Source: an uncultured Gemmatimonadales bacterium (lineage in GTDB: Bacteria > Gemmatimonadota > Gemmatimonadetes > Gemmatimonadales > GWC2-71-9). From it: a stretch of 64,000 bases of DNA. Below are positions 60,986 to 64,000 of the stretch, piece after piece. Where the stretch lies: assembly GCA_965652025.1 (NCBI GenBank), contig CBFGTM010000012.1, forward strand, positions 8,992 through 72,991, written 5' to 3'. The position numbers were made by a program, and so were the translations under genes. Under the pieces are notes generated by a model. It saw only the letters and a program-made list of their open reading frames with translations, had not been told where the DNA came from and did not search any database. Each line of letters opens with the position of its first letter. The first letter of the stretch is position 1.

Positions 60986-62011
60986 ATGACCAACGGCTCG
61001 GTACGAGTCTCTGTCTTTGGGAAGACTGACCTGGGCCGCACCCGCGAACACAACGAGGACACCTTCCTAGTCGCCGATCTGAGTACCGGGAAAGCCAGCC
61101 TCCAGCCCGAAGTGCGCGATCACGCGATCGGTCCACGCGGGTCTCTCTTTATGGTGGCCGATGGGATGGGTGGGGCCGCAGCGGGCGAGCTGGCCAGTGC
61201 CATGGCGGCCGATATCATCCACCGGCACATGGCAACGGTTTGGGCCAGCGAAGAAATGGCCACGGCCGCCCGATTCGCCTACCGGATGAAGGAAGCCGTG
61301 GAGCTGGCCAACAGCGAGCTCTACACCTATGCCCGCGAGCACCCCGAAGTCCGGGGTATGGGCACCACCGTCACCGCAGCAGGGATCCTCGGCGGAAATC
61401 TCTACCTCACTCAAATCGGCGACAGTCGCGCATACCTGGTCCGCGGAAGCGAAGCCATTCAGTTGACCAAGGATCAGAGTCTCATGCAGCGGCTGGTGGA
61501 TGCTGGTGAGATCACCGAAGACGAGGCGGAACAGAGCGAGCGACGCAACATCATTCTGCAGGCGTTGGGGCCGGACCCCCGAGTCAAAGTGGATCTGACC
61601 CACCAGTCGCTCCGGCGGGGGGACGTGTTGATCCTGTGCTCCGACGGACTGTCCGGTCTGGTGCGGCGGGAGGAATTTGCCGCGTTGACGCGACGGCATC
61701 CGGATCCGCCGGCGCTCTGCGCGGCCTTGATCGACCTGGCCAATCAGCGGGGCGGACCCGATAACATCACGGTCGTTACAGCGAGATTCGACGGCGAAGG
61801 CCTGGTAGAGGCGAACGGGGCGGATGGTGTAGGATACCAGGCCTACGACTTGCCGCAGGGTAATCAGGCCGATGCAGACTCTCAATCCACGGCCGATTCA
61901 CCGGTCACCGGCTCTCCTGAATCCGCCCTCAAGCTGGACCAGCTTCGCAACCTGGGATTGATCGTGCTCCTGATTGGCGTGTTCCTCCTCCTGCTTGCCG
62001 TCTGGCGCTGA
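60986..62011 (+). CDS. PP2C-family Ser/Thr protein phosphatase with a C-terminal TM anchor
   Basis: 341 aa. GKTDLGRTREHNEDTF, MVADGMGGAAAGELAS, GTTVTAA, GDSRAYL, LCSDGL, GGPDNITVV. C-terminal LGLIVLLIGVFLLLLAVW. Confidence 0.9.
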   Translation: MTNGSVRVSVFGKTDLGRTREHNEDTFLVADLSTGKASLQPEVRDHAIGPRGSLFMVADGMGGAAAGELASAMAADIIHRHMATVWASEEMATAARFAYRMKEAVELANSELYTYAREHPEVRGMGTTVTAAGILGGNLYLTQIGDSRAYLVRGSEAIQLTKDQSLMQRLVDAGEITEDEAEQSERRNIILQALGPDPRVKVDLTHQSLRRGDVLILCSDGLSGLVRREEFAALTRRHPDPPALCAALIDLANQRGGPDNITVVTARFDGEGLVEANGADGVGYQAYDLPQGNQADADSQSTADSPVTGSPESALKLDQLRNLGLIVLLIGVFLLLLAVWR

Positions 62012-62014
62012 CAT

Positions 62015-63226
62015 TTGAGTTCACCCCCGGCCCGGAGTGAGGAAGCCCCGTTTGTCTCACCGCTCCGAGCCCGGCTCACCTGGATTGCGGCGCTCGCCTT
62101 CGCCTCCGGCTTCCCCTTCGGTCTCATCAATGAGACCGTCCCGATTTACCTCCGCACCCACGGCGTCAGTCGAGTCGAGATAGGACAACTCAGCAGGCTG
62201 AGTCTGCCCTGGAGCCTCAAATGGCTCTGGGCTCCGCTGCTCGACCGCCACGGCACCAGAAAGCAATGGATCGTAAGCTGCCTGCTAGGATTGGCTGTCT
62301 TGACGCTGGCCATCGCCACGCTGCCGTCGGGCCAACTCGGAATCGCACTCTGGGTGGTGCTGGCCCTCATAGTCCTGCTGTCGGCCACTCAGGATGTAGC
62401 CATCGACGCCTATACCATCCAGTCCACCACCACCCGCGAGTTGGGTGTGGCAAACTCGGTGCGGATTGCCATGTACCGCATTGCCATGCTCACGGCGGGC
62501 GGACTGTTGGTTTGGCTGGCGGGCCGGACCGGCTGGTCGGGGAGTTTTCTGGTGGGAGGCGGACTGCTCCTGCTGCTCGCGGTCTGCGCCCTGGTGCTGC
62601 CGCCGGTGGACCGGATCGCCGAAAAGGCCTCCAGCATATGGGAGCCGTTGCGAGAGCTGCTTTCCCGGCAGGGAATTGCGACGGTCATCGTCTTCGCCCT
62701 GATCTTCAAGCTCGATATCGCCGCGCTGGAGCCGATGATGCGGCCGTTCTGGGTCGATCGCGGCCTGTCTCTCGAGGCGATTGGCGCGGTGGTTGCCTCC
62801 GGCCGATTGGTTGCCACCATCGCCGGTGCTGCTGCCGGCGGCGTGTTCACCACCCGGTATGGAATCTTTGCCGGTCTGTGGGTGCTGGGGCTGGTCCAGG
62901 CACTTTCCGCGTTGGTGTATTGGGCTACGGCTGCGTTTGCCTCCTCCAATTCCGCAGTCGTGCTGGCGGCGTATTTCGAGAGCTTCGCTGCCGGCCTCGG
63001 CACCGCCGCCTACCTCGCGTTCCTCATGTCCATTTGCGAGAAACGCTATGCTGCCACCCAGTTCGCGGTGCTATCGGCCCTGCTCGCTGTGACTCGGTGG
63101 ATCGCCGGGGAGTTCTCTGGAGGGTTGGCTGACCGGCTGGGCTATCCGAACTACTTCCTGCTCACCTTCCTGCTGGGCCTGCCGGCGTTTGCCCTGATCC
63201 CTCGACTCCGTCGGGTAACTGGCTAG
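62015..63226 (+). CDS. ampG: AmpG-family muropeptide MFS permease
   Basis: 403 aa with a TTG start (no in-frame ATG or GTG nearby). ALAFASGFPFGLINETVPIYLRTHGVSRVEIG ... LPWSLKWLWAPLLDR is the AmpG signature. Confidence 0.8.
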   Translation: MSSPPARSEEAPFVSPLRARLTWIAALAFASGFPFGLINETVPIYLRTHGVSRVEIGQLSRLSLPWSLKWLWAPLLDRHGTRKQWIVSCLLGLAVLTLAIATLPSGQLGIALWVVLALIVLLSATQDVAIDAYTIQSTTTRELGVANSVRIAMYRIAMLTAGGLLVWLAGRTGWSGSFLVGGGLLLLLAVCALVLPPVDRIAEKASSIWEPLRELLSRQGIATVIVFALIFKLDIAALEPMMRPFWVDRGLSLEAIGAVVASGRLVATIAGAAAGGVFTTRYGIFAGLWVLGLVQALSALVYWATAAFASSNSAVVLAAYFESFAAGLGTAAYLAFLMSICEKRYAATQFAVLSALLAVTRWIAGEFSGGLADRLGYPNYFLLTFLLGLPAFALIPRLRRVTG

Positions 63227-63245
63227 CTGCAGTCAGACTGACGAG

Positions 63246-64000
63246 TCACCGAGGCTTGGTAAATCTCCCGCCCAGCCAGCGAGCCACGGCCTCCTGCATA
63301 AGCCGCTGCCGATGCCAGGCGATAAGCACCGGAGGCCGGCCGGGCAGCTCGTCGAGCAGCCGGGGATGCCCAAAGAGGATGAGGAGATCGGCACCGGCTC
63401 CGTGATGTGCCAGTGCTTCGCGCGACGCCGAACCTAAGTCGGAGCGTCCCTTCCACGCCCTCGGCTCGGCAAAGATCATGACCACCCGGGAGCCACCGGA
63501 GTATCGGCCGATCAGTTCCGGACCGAGGGACCGGTGCACGTAGTCACTCGGGCTGGGTGGATACGGGCCCCCGATATCGTCGTCCACCACGACCAGATCA
63601 AGCGGACCGACCAAGGTCGGGGGAGCTCCTCGCGCCATCCCCGTCTTCAGCAGCGCATCGGCCAGTGCCTCGGCTGAGTCATAGGGCCCCCGGGTGACCG
63701 GCGGTGTGGGTGCCGTCGCCGTGGCCAGCGCACGCTCGTAACGGGTAAGCGACTGGTCCAAACGCTCCCGGCTCAATGAGCCGCTGGCCAGCGATGCCTC
63801 CAGGGCGTCACGCACCCGCCGGGGATCGTTGGGATAGAGCAGCAGGTCGGCACCGGCTTGCACTGCTTGCACTGCCGCGTCCGACTCGCGACGGCCGGAG
63901 AGGGCGCCATCCATGATCAGCGCGTCGGTGACCACCAGCCCCTCGAACCTGGACTTGGTGCGCAGCTCCCCCAGCAGGCGGCGGGAGAGCGTCGCAGGAA
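63246..64000 (-). CDS. nagZ: Glycoside hydrolase family 3 beta-N-acetylhexosaminidase (NagZ-like), 5' end beyond the window
   Basis: The frame stays open upstream of the listed Met to the window edge (...LLGELRTKSRFEGLVVTDALIMDGA...), the typical GH3 block. A C-terminal extension follows. Confidence 0.75.
   Translation of the reverse strand, partial: PATLSRRLLGELRTKSRFEGLVVTDALIMDGALSGRRESDAAVQAVQAGADLLLYPNDPRRVRDALEASLASGSLSRERLDQSLTRYERALATATAPTPPVTRGPYDSAEALADALLKTGMARGAPPTLVGPLDLVVVDDDIGGPYPPSPSDYVHRSLGPELIGRYSGGSRVVMIFAEPRAWKGRSDLGSASREALAHHGAGADLLILFGHPRLLDELPGRPPVLIAWHRQRLMQEAVARWLGGRFTKPR

Noticed and set aside
1-64000. Mobile elements, prophage, defence islands, tRNA or rRNA genes
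   Set aside because: A scan of all intergenic gaps and ORF translations found none of these: transposase, integrase or recombinase motifs; a tRNA-like T-arm (GGTTCGAATCC type); rRNA; or restriction, toxin-antitoxin or cas signatures.

Overview
High-GC (roughly two-thirds G+C by eye), densely packed chromosomal segment from a diderm bacterium. The gene content (TamB/Omp85, GWxTD, MglAB, many FtsX permeases) is reminiscent of Gemmatimonadota/Acidobacteriota-type genomes, but that is inference only. I support about 53 protein genes and one ncRNA (SRP RNA). I found no rRNA, tRNA, CRISPR array, transposase, integrase or prophage signature. Most of the window is housekeeping:
- envelope biogenesis: tamB plus an Omp85 gene
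- replication and recombination: an ffs-dnaX-ybaB-recR block that continues into mglB-mglA-pgsA-cinA
- chaperones: grpE-dnaJ
- tRNA thiolation: cysteine desulfurase-mnmA
- a glycolytic cluster: pyk-MBL-pgi-fba
- ispG plus an envelope thiol-redox operon
- fabH and nrdJ
- a peptidoglycan turnover cluster: amidase, PP2C, ampG, nagZ.
The first gene (1-3018, minus strand, MASE1-PAS histidine kinase) is missing from the supplied ORF track because it runs off the window; I recovered it by hand translation. Many long ORFs in the track are alternative-frame or antisense artefacts of the GC bias, and several true genes start well inside the listed ORFs.
The most unusual structure is at 55.7-56.5 kb. An orphan 150-aa gene sits between a Ser/Thr kinase and a GWxTD gene and is bracketed by two palindromic elements built from tandem degenerate octamers (GGGTAAGC / GCTTACCC family). 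These include canonical G3N5 quadruplex motifs on opposite strands and a nested bidirectional terminator.
Other points worth a second look:
- short-period repeat structures at two other convergent gene junctions
- strong palindromes upstream of nrdJ and pyk that share an 11-mer
- an atypically AT-rich 420-bp spacer upstream of pyk
- a yihY gene whose conserved N-terminus has no canonical start codon
- an MglA with an insertion of about 30 aa
- a multi-domain Ser/Thr kinase.
All functional calls rest on my recognition of motifs in the translated ORFs. No database search was run.
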